Shown: positions 1 to 12,197 of the stretch, piece after piece
Numbering within the stretch: position 1 is the first letter of the stretch
How the letters are laid out: each line of letters starts with the position of its first letter
Origin: Lingula anatina
Lineage: Eukaryota > Animalia > Brachiopoda
Direction: 5' to 3'
DNA: 64,000 bases
Assembly: GCA_051362555.1 (NCBI GenBank)
Contig: CM120643.1
Coordinates: forward strand, 17,674,848 to 17,738,847
The notes under the pieces: generated by a model
Database searches by the model: none
Told to the model about the DNA's origin: nothing
The model's input: the letters and a program-made list of their open reading frames with translations, nothing else
Program-made: the position numbers and the translations under genes

Positions 1-173
1 CAGTTCACAAATGGGAGCACACTAGCATGTAAGCTTGCTAGCGTTACCGGCTTTCATGCTTATTAAATTTAAACTAGGAAGTAAATTCAAAATATTCCAC
101 TCAACACGTTAAATAATATATCCTGCTCAAGGAGTTTTTTCACGCATTACGTTCCGCGTGATGTTCCACTTAA

Positions 174-835
174 AGGGGGATCGATACATTTGGTTTTTCC
201 CTTTATTTGTATAGATAATACGGAAATTAACTTTGTCATGTAATGAGATAATACTGTCGCATCAAAAATTCATTAGGATGAATTTGTTAACTCGTGCCTG
301 TCACGTAACTGCAGCTTTTTGGGATGCAAACTATAATATTGATTTCAAACTCGTCTCCTGTACCTGAACAGCTTTGAACACCAGTTTAACGCCTAACATC
401 AACAAGTACCGTCCTACAATCTGGTCAGGAGATTCCCCTGAAAGGTTTACTTCTGATTTTAATAGTGAAGTAGCTAAGTAATTTCTTTGTTCAATGGAAC
501 ATCGTAATAAGGGGATCAGAATTAGGGGAAATAAAAAGTGAAACCAAACACTGGCAATGGGTTGAAGTTTGAATCCTAGTCGTCCACCGTGCCCAATTTC
601 GTGATAGCATCTTACTTAAAGGGCTACGTTAAAAACCAATCAAAACAGGGAAGTTGGCAATTAACTCTTGGTCACCCTATGTGCAGTAGTGTGTTGGTGA
701 AAAAAGCAACAACAAATGGAGTTTGGGCTCTGAAAGTGTTCGTTTTATTGCAATAATATTAAGAGTGTTTTTCAAAAAAAAAAAAAAAAAAAAACAGAAA
801 AAGATGTTTGCCAAATGTCGGCCTATCGATCCCTC
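174..835. mobile_element. Non-autonomous DNA transposon, Kolobok-like (TTAA target)
   Basis: TTAA at 170-173 and 836-839 flank imperfect terminal inverted repeats AGGGGGATCGATA...TATCGATCCCTC. Subterminal ACATTTGG/CCAAATGT also match. No transposase ORF. Confidence 0.55.
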
Positions 836-2997
836 TTAAGTGCGAAGCAATTGCTTTAAATTTTTTAAAAGCTGTTTTACCGTTTCCAATATGGCAAGTA
901 ACATGGTATGATTTAGATAATATAGATGCCGCCTTTATGGGGTATGGGGGTTTCTTTGTAATTACCTGAAGGCAGTTGTTTAAGGTTTTCTTTTCAACTG
1001 TAAGTGAATATATTTCAGTTAGATTTACACTTTCATCTCAGATTCTTGACACGCCTTTGTGTCAAATCTATATATTGCAGTTGGCGAGGCATGTCTTGCC
1101 AACGCATGCAACTATCTCCTTTTCTCAACTAACACATGCACCACATATTCAGTAACTTGTAACCAAAATGGTTCAGCGCATTGGACAATGTTTTCGACCG
1201 GTGTAACTTAATATGATATCTTGTAACAACTTTTTTGTACGTGGGATATATTTCAGCGTTAACATACATTACAGCTAACAAGGCTATGCTATTTTTGAAA
1301 TTTCACTATTTTGCAGTAAATTGCTTAGGCTATAATATTACCTAGCGGAATGGTGAATTAATAAAGATGTGCAACGACACAAAACTTCAAAAGAAGTTGG
1401 TAGAATTAGGGTGTGGGTCGAGACAGAACTCGTAGCAGAGTCTTAAACTCTCATTTATATATATTTGCATATTTTCAAGCCATTGGCTTATTACTACTTA
1501 ATTCCGAAAGAGAGTGGTGGTTTTATTGTATTTATTTATTATTTATTTATTTGTTTTGGTTTTTTTATTTTTCATTGAGGTGTGTATTGAGCATATTTTG
1601 CAAGTGCCTTGATTAGATTGACCTGTAATATAGCAAATGCGAATTTATTTAATTTTGCACAATTGGCTATATAATATATAGATTAACATATCGTTCAAGT
1701 CGTTTTCATTTTTTGTCATGTAAACTATCTATCTATCTAAAGTGTTTTAAATGAACAATATGTTTTACTTATCTTGAAAATTCTAATTTTCATTTGTTAA
1801 TTGGTTATTTACATGTTGTTCTCAACTACGATGTCATTCCTACTATTCGTTTATGTACCTTTTGGTGAATTAAATGCATTTGGCTGTTGATAAGTTTTTG
1901 TGTGTTTTTATTTTCATAATTTGTTTCTTTATTTTCTATTTCTATTTTCTTTCTTCTCGTTCTTAATACTTTACTTTGCAAACGTATCTCTAAAAACATG
2001 TCCCATAAAAACGGCCCCTATACAATACGGATATATACCAGTCAATTTATTTTTACCATTCGTGAAGCAAAACAAGTCCATGCCACATATTTATCAGTTT
2101 CGATTCCAAACAGAATTCAAGTATCAGTGATCCACCTGGTCCCGGAGCCAGGTCAATAATTAAAAATGCATATATTCAAATTGACAGATAAGAAGTAAAG
2201 GGTTTGCTTTACACAGAGTTGACATGTGATATGAATTTTTTCCAAATGATTTCTTCGCTTTTTTTCTATTTTTCTGAGTAATAAATGAAAACAAAGATAT
2301 TTTATTAGGTTCTAAATAACTTTTTATAACCTCGCCTGTGAAAAGATCAGTATGTGATCAGAAAACTTTGAAAATTTAGGAACGCAAGTTAAATATACAT
2401 AGGACCTTTTTTATACTCTATCTAAAAAACAATAACTTAATTGTCTTGTGAAAATGGCCATTTCGCATTTTGTTAGTTTCTGCTGATCATATGTCGCCCG
2501 GAGCGACTCCATACTCGACATTTGAAATGGCAATCAAAACTAAATCCATCTGAACTGCCTCTCCATGCTGTTTACATCACGGGTAAAGTTTAACTATAAT
2601 CAGTGCAAAAATAAAATGTCGAAAAGCACCAATGTCATCTTTCTAGGAACGTTTCCTGAAGGCTTATCAAATAAAACCTCGTGTGCATCATGAACTTCAG
2701 CGTTGATGTTTAAGGGCTGGCGTTGCGTCAGATAAAATACGGCACCTGGGCAGTCGATATAAGAGATAAATATTCAGGGCGTTTTTTTCTCAGTGAGAAG
2801 GAAAAAAGTTTTCTTTCGAACCCTTCAAATTCTGGTTAATTGTTTCACTAAATCTATTAATTTTGTTTGATAACTATGTGAGGAAAGTTGTGATGTTCGT
2901 AGGGTCGGTGGCTCTCACAGCTAAGTCAACAACATATCAGCTTCGTCGTGAACAGTGAAGCAAAACGTCGCGGAACCGTTGCGTCTTCTGAAAAGCA

Positions 2998-3054
2998 TTG
3001 TGACGTCATAAGTGCTATGACGTCGACACTTCCGTAGTTACAAAGTCAACATGG
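2998..3054 (+). promoter_or_regulatory. CpG-rich core promoter of the triplicated gene: paired CRE/ATF sites plus ETS motif (repeated at ~8204-8260 and ~13635-13691)
   Basis: Perfect TGACGTCA (3001-3008) and TGACGTC (3018-3024) form the inverted repeat GACGTCATA-agtgc-TATGACGTC, followed by ACTTCCG (3028-3034), immediately upstream of the ATGs. Confidence 0.6.
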
Positions 3055-3079
3055 AAATGCGCGGATATATATTTCCACT

Positions 3080-6000
3080 ATGTCGATATTACGGTTAATA
3101 ACTTTATTAATTTTTTGTTTTGCTTGTGTTTCAATAGTATATTTTCTCCAGGATAATTACAGGTACGTACATATTATATTTAGATTGTCTTCATCACCTA
3201 AACAAATGAAAACTAACAGTGTAATCTTTCGCTCTTTTCGACTACCTGAATCTCTGCATCACAATCTGCATGAATACTTCCCGTAGAGAGTTTTTGTAAA
3301 ATTTGTTGTTCTGAATTCTTGTGAACGATTAGACTCCTATTTGTTCGTAATTCATACATGTCTATGCATCATTATATATAAGGAACACCGAACATCGAGA
3401 CCTGGAGATCAACATTAACATCTCTTTTGGAGCTAGCGGGGATAGCGGTCAAAAAGAGTACCTGAATCATAAAGTACATCTAACAGAACCAAGAAATGAC
3501 CGCCCATGGTTTACAAGAACAACAACGAGAAGGAGGACCGGTGTTGGTAAACCACAATTTAGCACAGATTTCGATAGAGAAATAAACGGAATTGCAGCAC
3601 CTACACTGGAGGAAACTGCCAAAACTGGAAACACGTCTAGCAGTGGTGAGACTTCTTTTTATGGAAATTATTCATTTTGAACGTGCTTTAATTTGATTTT
3701 AGATTTGAGCTGTATTGACATGGTATATTTTATTTAAAAAACCCTAAAATTGCTAAAAAAAAAAAAAAAAAAAAAAAGTAAAACGTCATATGATATCACA
3801 CAGAATGCCCAAAAAATCAGATCCGAAATTTAACACTTTTGGATACATATTTTAAACAATTATAATGATTAACTTCAAATACGTGATTGAAATGTGTTTT
3901 AGTGCATACATTAGCGACAATTGAACGCAGATTTTATTTACAAGTTGCCAATCACCTTATAAACAAAATACGTCATATGTTCCTTTTCAGACCGAGTGTG
4001 GAATGCCTCATACTTGAAGGCTGTACCTTTCTCGGTCTATGGCCGTGCCCTTCAAATCGTCAACGACATTAAAGACAAGAGCCAAAATCACTTTGGTATT
4101 TGGATTTACAACTTTTATGGACTTCTCATTGACTGCTGCGACAAAGTTCGGGCGACATCAGCAGGAATAGGTAAGATTCGGTTGTGACACTAAAACGATC
4201 GTAACTCTACTCCGTCGTGTTTCAAAGTGGTTTTTCTTTAAAATTTAGAAAATTTGTGTGTGTTATAAGACTTTCAGCTATTACCTATTTGAATTAGCAA
4301 ATTACAGCATGTCAGTGTCGATCTAAGGCTTATTCAGTTTAATTCGGAAAATGACATGGAATATATACTTTCTTGTTTTAGTAAATGCCCTTGCAGAGGC
4401 TGCTGAAAACAGCAAGAACTCTGCAGAAGAGGTCTTCAGGTCATTCAAGGACAGTATTGTAGAACACATTGATAATGGCATCGCTCGAGTGCGCCTCTAC
4501 TTCGTTCCCGAGTCTCCCGTAGAACGAAAGTGTAAGGGACATTCCAACTGGTATGCAAAGAGCGCGTGCACACTTTTGTTCCAAGCTGCCGAATACCCTC
4601 CACAGCTTGTCTCCACTCTGGCTGAAGGATACGACAGGTTTTTGGAAGTCGCCAAAAGGCTCTTCGTACGTGAGTCGTACAAAGATAAGGTCTGCAAAGG
4701 TTACGCTACCGTGCCGTTCCTTCGGAAGGTCTGTGAGACAGGGTTTGATGTGGCGTCAATGGCGAATGATGTCCTAGAAAATGTCCAAGAGTTCCTCGTG
4801 AAGTGTATTGCACAACCAACTTTAGAGTTTGCCCAGAAAGTAATCACATCTATAACAGACGGTTCATGGAAAGCTGCCGAGGAGTTTTCAAGAGCCTGTC
4901 ACAATGGGATGCACCTGGGAAATAGAATTACAACTTAAATTTATCAAACCTTGGACATCGAAGCGGCTAAAGGTGGGCAAAATGTAAACTTGTCTTTTGT
5001 TTTCTCTGAGTTACCAGTATAAGAACAGTTGATAGCAGCAATAATTGGCAATTCAGGTTTAAGTTATTATCCAGTAAAACTCACGTCATCAGAAATGTTT
5101 TATTATTTTGATCACTTGGATACTTTCAAGCTAAACTCGGCAGCTATTTTCACTTCAATATTTCAGTGTCTACCAAGTGTTCAGCTGTTCTTTTTTTTTT
5201 TTTTTAACTATTACCATACTTTTGAAAACATAACGCATCTTATGACATTCGGTGCTGGATTGTCCTGTTCTGTTTTCCAGCTCTTCTGTATTCTGTGTTA
5301 AAGAAGGTTGCGTACAAAGTCCATGACGTCTACGTACGTCTTCCCCGCTTCAATGGTGATCCCATACATGATGGGCTGGTGGTTGTAGCCTGGGTGGTGT
5401 GTGCCATAGCCCAGGGGTTGGTGGTCTACTGGGCCAAGAGGAAGATCAGTCTAGGTAAAATATCTTGCCTACTTACAAGTATGTATTATGATAAATATTT
5501 CCAGGCCTTACCATTGCCTCTGTCTCATTTATCAACAAAGGAAATGGAAATTTTATTTTGTTTCGTTTATTATTTACACAAGAGTGAAAAATTTACACAA
5601 GAGTTAAAAATACTTAAATCTTTTAATCGAATCATGAAAGTGGCCTAATATTTGTCCTTTTTACTGCATTAATTTCAACTTATTTTATCTTATTTTATTT
5701 TCATCTTTGTAGATAATAACATAAGAAGGGCCCGTCAAATGCGACTTCGTTTCTCCCATCCCATATCATCAGAGGATTACTATGACAGGATTGCGAGACT
5801 AATTAGAGAGGAGGATGGAAAAGATGATACAGAATGCGAGGACGCCGAACATGTTGATGAGACCGAGAGTTTTCAACATGTAGAATCCACCTCTGGTGTT
5901 ACTGACAACGAGGTCAAGAACACAACCAGTCCAGCTGACGACTTTGCCAACGATTCCGGGGTGTGGGCAGACATGTCTCTTGAACACATCGTGGAGGGAG

Positions 6001-6660
6001 TGGAAGAGAAACCAACGGTACCAGCGCCCTCTGCAGTTCAGCCAATGGCAGTGGAAGAGGAACGGGTCCACGCCAATCCTAAACCAGAGGTTAACGCACA
6101 GCTTCTGGTCCTGAAAGATGACACAACCATTGAGAACAGAGAGCACGCGCAGCCTGCTGAGGACACGTATAACCAAGAACAAAGTGCCTCTGGAACAACC
6201 TGTGAACAGAAGCTAGAAAGCCCTAATAAGGATGCATGCAAGGACGGGAAAGGAGGACTGAACGTTTCAAGGTCCGATGCGGTTGCTCTAGCTCCAGAGA
6301 GCGAACCCGAGCCAGCTGCTGCATCTTACATGGATAAGAACAACAATGACACAGAAAGTTACGACAAAGAACAACTCATTGAGACGGGTTTAGAGGTAAA
6401 TTTTACGTCTTGTTAGCTTGATCAGACTTGTGAGTGTGAAGCTTACTTTGTGCAGTGTCCCTGATGTCAACATGGACGACGCTCGCAGAAAGTTGATAAT
6501 CTCCGAGGCATTGAAGCGAATTGATTCGTGGGACCTCCCGCCCCGTCAAGCTACCGAGTCCAGCGAATCCAGTCACTGGACCAACGTCTATTTTCGCAAA
6601 ATCAGCCGTGGCGCCTGGATTGTGCTGAAATACATTTTAGAACACCCAGAGCTTTTCTAA
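3080..6660 (+). pseudogene. Copy 1 of unknown membrane-protein gene; disrupted (or encoding a 360-aa truncated ectodomain)
   Basis: Exons 3080-3162, 3383-3645, 3991-4170, 4382-4972, 5281-5454, 5713-6395 and a last-exon remnant to 6660. TAC>TAA at 4936-4938 (TAC in copies 2 and 3). A ~266-bp deletion in intron 6 removes the TTTCAG acceptor of exon 7. Confidence 0.8.
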
Positions 6661-8285
6661 CTTTGTTTTGTTTTTTTGTTTTCTTGTGAACATTTTGCTT
6701 TCTTGTCGCTCTGGGTGTATTCACCCAACAGCATTTAACTTCCTGGTGGACAATGGTTCATGGATACTTATACTTATTTTGTTTACTGAGCTTGTAAAGA
6801 AAAACTCACCAGACGCAACTTTGTTTATAAAAAGAATAAAATCATTACAATGGCAGTCATTTAAAGGTAACAACTTTATTTTATAGAAACAGAATCTAGA
6901 ATTTATCAACTTATGTGTTGTAGGCTACGCATAAATTTTGTAGAATGCTAAAGCAAATTCGAAGCAACAGATTTTTAAAACTATCTAAAAATCCTTACCG
7001 AAATACTTATGCTCAAGAAAATATTGGCAATGTAAACTATTTGGTCTTTATAGTAAAACCAAGAAGAAATGCTCCTTGTTTTGTTGTTGATATAATATTG
7101 CATTCCGTTGTGGACTTCAGTTCCAGAGTACCGTTTAAAAAAATTCTGTGAATCGGATTCGTCCGAGTGTCCCTGTCCATTTGTGCAGACTTCTTTAAAC
7201 CTAATATATCATGAAACTATAACATCATATCACGGTTAACTATTCCTTCTTCCTGTACAACATACAACAAAGCGCGATCGATCGCTGACTGCTCAAAGAC
7301 GACCAAAGTCGCGGAAGTCGTTGCCCAGTCGCACTGCGTCAAGGCAACTGGCTGGGAAGACCTGCGATTTCACCGTTAAATTGCTCAAAAATTTCTTACT
7401 AAATTTCTGTAGTTTATACAATATTGCTATAAGTCCTGCTAAACTATTTAAAACATGTAAAACAGACAAAATATCACTTCAAGAAATCCCCGAAACGCTA
7501 CATTATTGATTCCGTCCCAGTGATTACCTCCAGTTACGTAACATTATGTAAAGTTTTTCTATTGAAGGCATTACGGAGATACTTCCAAAATTAAGGCAAA
7601 TACGTGCAATGTGCCTTATTTTTACCATTCGTGACGCCAAACAAGTCCATGTCACATATTTTACAGCTTCCCTTCCAAACTTGTACTTATAGATTTCAAT
7701 CGTGATCTAACTGGCCACAGAGCCTGGTCAATAATTAGTTTATTAAGTCAAACTATAATTAATTAATTAAATAATTAATTAAGTCAAACTATATGTCAAT
7801 ACAATAATAATAATAATAATAATTTCGAAAAGCACCAAAGTCATCTTTCTAGGAACGTTTCCTGAAGGCTTATCAAATAAAACCTCGTGTACATCATGAA
7901 CTTCAGCGTTGATGTTTTGGGGCTGGCACTGCGTCAGATAAAATACGGCATCTGGGCAGTCGATATAAGAGATAAATATTCCGGGCGTTTTTTTCTCAGT
8001 GAGAAGGAAAAAAGTTTTCATTCGAACCCTTCAAATTCTGGTTAATTGTTTCACTAAATCTATTAATTTTGTTTGATAACTATGTGAGGAAAGTTGTGAT
8101 GTTCGTAGGGTCGGTGGCTCTCACAGCTAAGTCAACAACATATCAGCCTCGTCGTGAACAGTGAAGCAAAACGTCGCGGAACCGTTGCGTCTTCTGAAAA
8201 GCATTGTGACGTCATAAGTGCTATGACGTCGACACTTCCGTAGTTACAAAGTCAACATGGAAATGCGCGGATATATATTTCCACT

Positions 8286-11200
8286 ATGTCGATATTACGG
8301 TTAATAACTTTACTAATTTTTTGTTTTGCTTGTGTTTCAATAGTATATTTTCTCCAGGATGATTACAGGTACGTACATATTATATTTAGATTGTCTTCAT
8401 CACCTAAACAAATGAAAACTAACAGTGTAATCTTTCGCTCTTTTCGACTACCTGAATCTCTGCATCACAATCTGCATGAATACTTCCCGTAGAGAGTTTT
8501 TATAAAATTTGTTGTTCTGAATTCTTGTGAACGATTAGACACCAATTTGTTCGTACATTCATACATGTCTATGCATCATTATATATAAGGAACACCGAAC
8601 ATCGAGACCTGGAGATCAACATTAACATCTCTTTTGGAGCTAGCGGGGATAGCGGTCAAAAAGAGTACCTGAATCAAGTACATCTAACAGAACCAAGAAA
8701 TGACCGCCCATGGTTTACAAGAACAACAACGAGAAGGAGGACCGGTGTTGGCAAACCACAATTTAGCACAGACTTCGATAGAGAAATAAACGGAATTGCA
8801 CCACCTACACTGGAGGAAACTGCCAAAACTGGAAACACGTCTAGCAGTGGTGAGACTTCTTTTTATTGAAATTATTCATTTTGAACGTGCTTTAATTTGA
8901 TTTTAGATTTGAGCTGTATTAACATGGTATATTTTATTTAAAACCCCTAAAATTGCTAAAAAAAAAAAAAAAAAAAGTAAAACGTCATATGATATCACAC
9001 AGTATGCCCAAAAAATCAGATCCGAAATTTAACACTTTTGGATACATATTTTAAACAATTATAATGATTAACTTCAAATACGTGATTGAAATGTGTTTTA
9101 GTGCATACATTAGCGACAATTGAAGGCAGATTTTATTTACAAGTTGACAATCACCTTATAAATAAAATACGTCACATGTTCCTTTTCAGACCGAGTGTGG
9201 AATGCCTCATACTTGAAGGCTGTAGCTTTCTCGGTCTATGGCCGTGCCCTTCAAATCGTCAACGACGTTAAAGACAAGAGCCAAAATCACTTTGGTATTT
9301 GGACACACAACTTTTATGGACTGCTCATGGACTGCTGTTACAAAGTTCGGGCGACATCAGCAGGAATAGGTAAGATCCAGTTGTGACACTAATACGATCG
9401 TAACTCTACTCCGTCGTGTTTCAGAGTGGATGATTATGTTTTTTCTTTAAATTTTGGAAAAAAATATGTGTGTTATAAGATTTTCAGACATTGTCTATTT
9501 GAATTAGCAAATTAGAGCATGTCAGTGTCGATCTAAGGCTTATTCAGTTTAATTCGGAAAATGTCATGGAATATATACTTTCTTGTTTTAGTAAATGCCC
9601 TTGCAGATGCTGTTGAAGACAGCAAGAACTCTGCAGAAGAAGTCTTCGGGTTATTCAAGGACAGGATTGTAGAACACATTGATAATGGCATCGATCGAGT
9701 GCGCCTCTACTTCGTTCCTGAGTCTCCCGTAGAACGAAAGTGTAAGGGACATTCCAACTGGTACGCAAAGAGCGCGTGCACACTTTTGTTCCAAGCTGCT
9801 GAATACCCTCCACAGCTTGTCTCCACTCTGGCGGAAGGATACGACAGATTTTTCGAAGTGGCCACAAGGTTCTTCGTACGTGAGACGTACAAAGATAAGG
9901 TCTGCAAAGGCTACGACACCGTGCCGTTCCTTCGGAAGGTCTGCGAGACAGGATTTGATGTGGCGTCAATGGCGAATGATGTCCTTGAAAATGTCCAAGA
10001 GTTCCTCGGTAAATGTATTGCACAACCAACTTTAGACTTTGCCCAGAAAGTAATCACATCTATAACAGACGGTGCATGGAAAGCTGCCGAGGGGTTTTCA
10101 AGAGCCTGTCACAATGGGATGCACCTGGGAAATAGAATTACAACTTACCTGTATCAAACCTTGGACATTGAAGCGGCTAAAGGTGGGCAAAATGTAAACT
10201 TGTCTTTTGTTTTCACTGAGTTAGCAGTAAGAACAGTTGATAGCAGCAATTGGCAATTCAGGTTAAAGTTATTATCCAGTAAAACTCACGTCATCAGAAA
10301 TGTTGTATGATTTTGGTCATTTGGATACTTTCATTTCTATATTGTTTTCTGTCCTTCTCGGACATAGAAGGAAATTGAAATACAATTTTGTTATCAAAGT
10401 AACAATAATACTTTCCTCAAACAACAGCTAAACTCGGCAGCTATTTTCACTTCAATATTTTAGTGTTTTTTTTTTTAACTATTACCATACTTTTGAAAAC
10501 ATAACACAGCTTATGACATTCGGTGCTGGATTGTCCTGTTCTGTTTTCCAGCTCTTCTGTATTCTGTGTTAAAGAAGGCTGCGTACAAAGTCCATGACGT
10601 CTACGTACGTCTTCCCCGCTTCAATGGTGATCCCATACATGATGGGCTGGTGGTTGTAGCCTGGGTGGTGTGTGCCCTAGCCCAGGGGTTGGTGGTCTAC
10701 TGGGCCAAGAGGAAGATCAGTCTAGGTAAAATATCTTGCCTACTTACAAGTATGTATTATGATAAATATTTCCAGGCCTTACCATTGCCTCTGTCTCATT
10801 AATCAACAAAGGAAATGGAAATTTTATTTTGTTTCGTTTATTATTTACACAAGAGTGAAAAATTTACACAAGAGTTAAAAATACTTAAATCTTTTAATCG
10901 AATCATGAAAGTGGCCTTATATTTGTCCTTTTTACTGCATTAATTTCATCTTATTTTATCTTATTTTATTTTTATCTTTGTAGATAATAACATAAGAAGG
11001 GCCCGTCAAATGCGACTTCGTTTCACCCATCCCATATCATCAGAGGATTACTATGACAGGATTGCGAGACTAATTAGAGAGGAGGATGGAAAAGATGATA
11101 CAGAACGCAAGGACGCCGAACACGTTGATGAGACCGAGAGCTTTCAACATGTAGAATCCACCTCTGGTGTTACTGACAACGAGGTCAAGAACACAACCAG

Positions 11201-12197
11201 TCCAGCCGACGACTTTGCCAACGATTCCGGGGTGTGGGCAGACATGTCTCTTGAACACATCGTGAAGGGAGTGGAAGAGAAACCAACGGTACCAGCGCCC
11301 TCTGCAGTTCAGCCAATGGCAGTGGAAGAGGAACGGGTCCACGCCAATCCTAAACCAGAGGTTAACGCACAGCTTCTGGTCCTGAAAGATGACACAACCA
11401 TTGAGAACAGAGAGCACGCGCAGCCTGCTGAGGACACGTATAACCAAGAACAAAGTACCTCTGGAACAACCTGTGAACAGAAGCTAGAAAGCCCTAATAA
11501 GGATGCATGCAAGGACGGGAAAGGAGGACTGAACGTTTCAAGGTCCGGTGCGGTTGCTCTAGCTCCAGAGAGCGAACCCGAGCCAGCTGCTGCATCTTAC
11601 ATGGATAAGAACAACAATGACACAGAAAGTTACGACAAAGAACGACTCATTGAGACGGGTTTAGAGGTAAATTTTACGTCTTGTTAGCTTGATCAGACTT
11701 GTGAGTGCGAGGGCCGGAATGTTTTTTCTATTTTTCTCCATCTAAAACTATAAATATTGCTTATCATGTTAATATTTTACTGAAAAAATTACGATTCAAT
11801 AGGTGCCTTATTTTTGTCTATGATTCTTAGCTTAGCTTACGATTGACTAAAAAGGCATCTTTATCGTTGATCTCTAGTTGTACCTGACATTATAAGGTAT
11901 AAATACTAAAATAATTTTTGATTAAAAAGAGACCCTTTATTTTACTGAAAATACATGTAGTTTCAGGGAAGTGAGGAGCTCACTTTGTGCAGTGTCCCTG
12001 ATGTCAACATGGACGACGCTCGCAGAAAGTTGATAATCTCCGAGGCATTGAAGCGAATTGATTCGTGGGACCTCCCGCCCCGTCAAGCTACCGAGTCCAG
12101 CGAATCCAGTCACTGGACCAACGTCTATTTTCGCAAAATCAGCCGTGGCGCCTGGATTGTGCTGAAATACATTTTAGAACACCCAGAGCTTTTCTAA
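8286..12197 (+). CDS. Copy 2: uncharacterised ~733-aa single-pass membrane protein (7 exons)
   Basis: Exons 8286-8368, 8590-8849, 9190-9369, 9592-10182, 10552-10725, 10984-11666, 11967-12197. All GT-AG with compatible phases; 2202 nt open. Hydrophobic N-terminus MSILRLITLLIFCFACVSIVYFLQ, TM GLVVVAWVVCALAQGLVVYW followed by AKRK, acidic tail. Confidence 0.85.

Noticed and set aside
556-650. Possible tRNA-derived SINE remnant (GTTTGAATCC box-B-like; CGTTAAAAACCAATC tail)
   Set aside because: Too degenerate; no A box or cloverleaf could be identified.
3093-3162. Alternative model treating the hydrophobic N-terminal coding stretch as an intron (G|GTTAAT...TTCTCCAG) from the 3051 ATG
   Set aside because: Splicing this way gives an immediate stop (GGA TAA/TGA); the 3080 start gives a continuous 7-exon frame.
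5950-5980. DSGVWADMS as a beta-TrCP phosphodegron
   Set aside because: Spacing does not fit DSGxxS; too weak to call.
4497-6241. Antisense and alternate-frame ORFs over the triplicated gene (also 9655-11512 and 15075-16868)
   Set aside because: Shadows of the GC-richer coding exons; they recur only because the DNA is duplicated.
6668-8021. Short ORFs in the 3' UTR and spacer of the repeat units
   Set aside because: No splice support, low-complexity composition, and broken or altered between copies.
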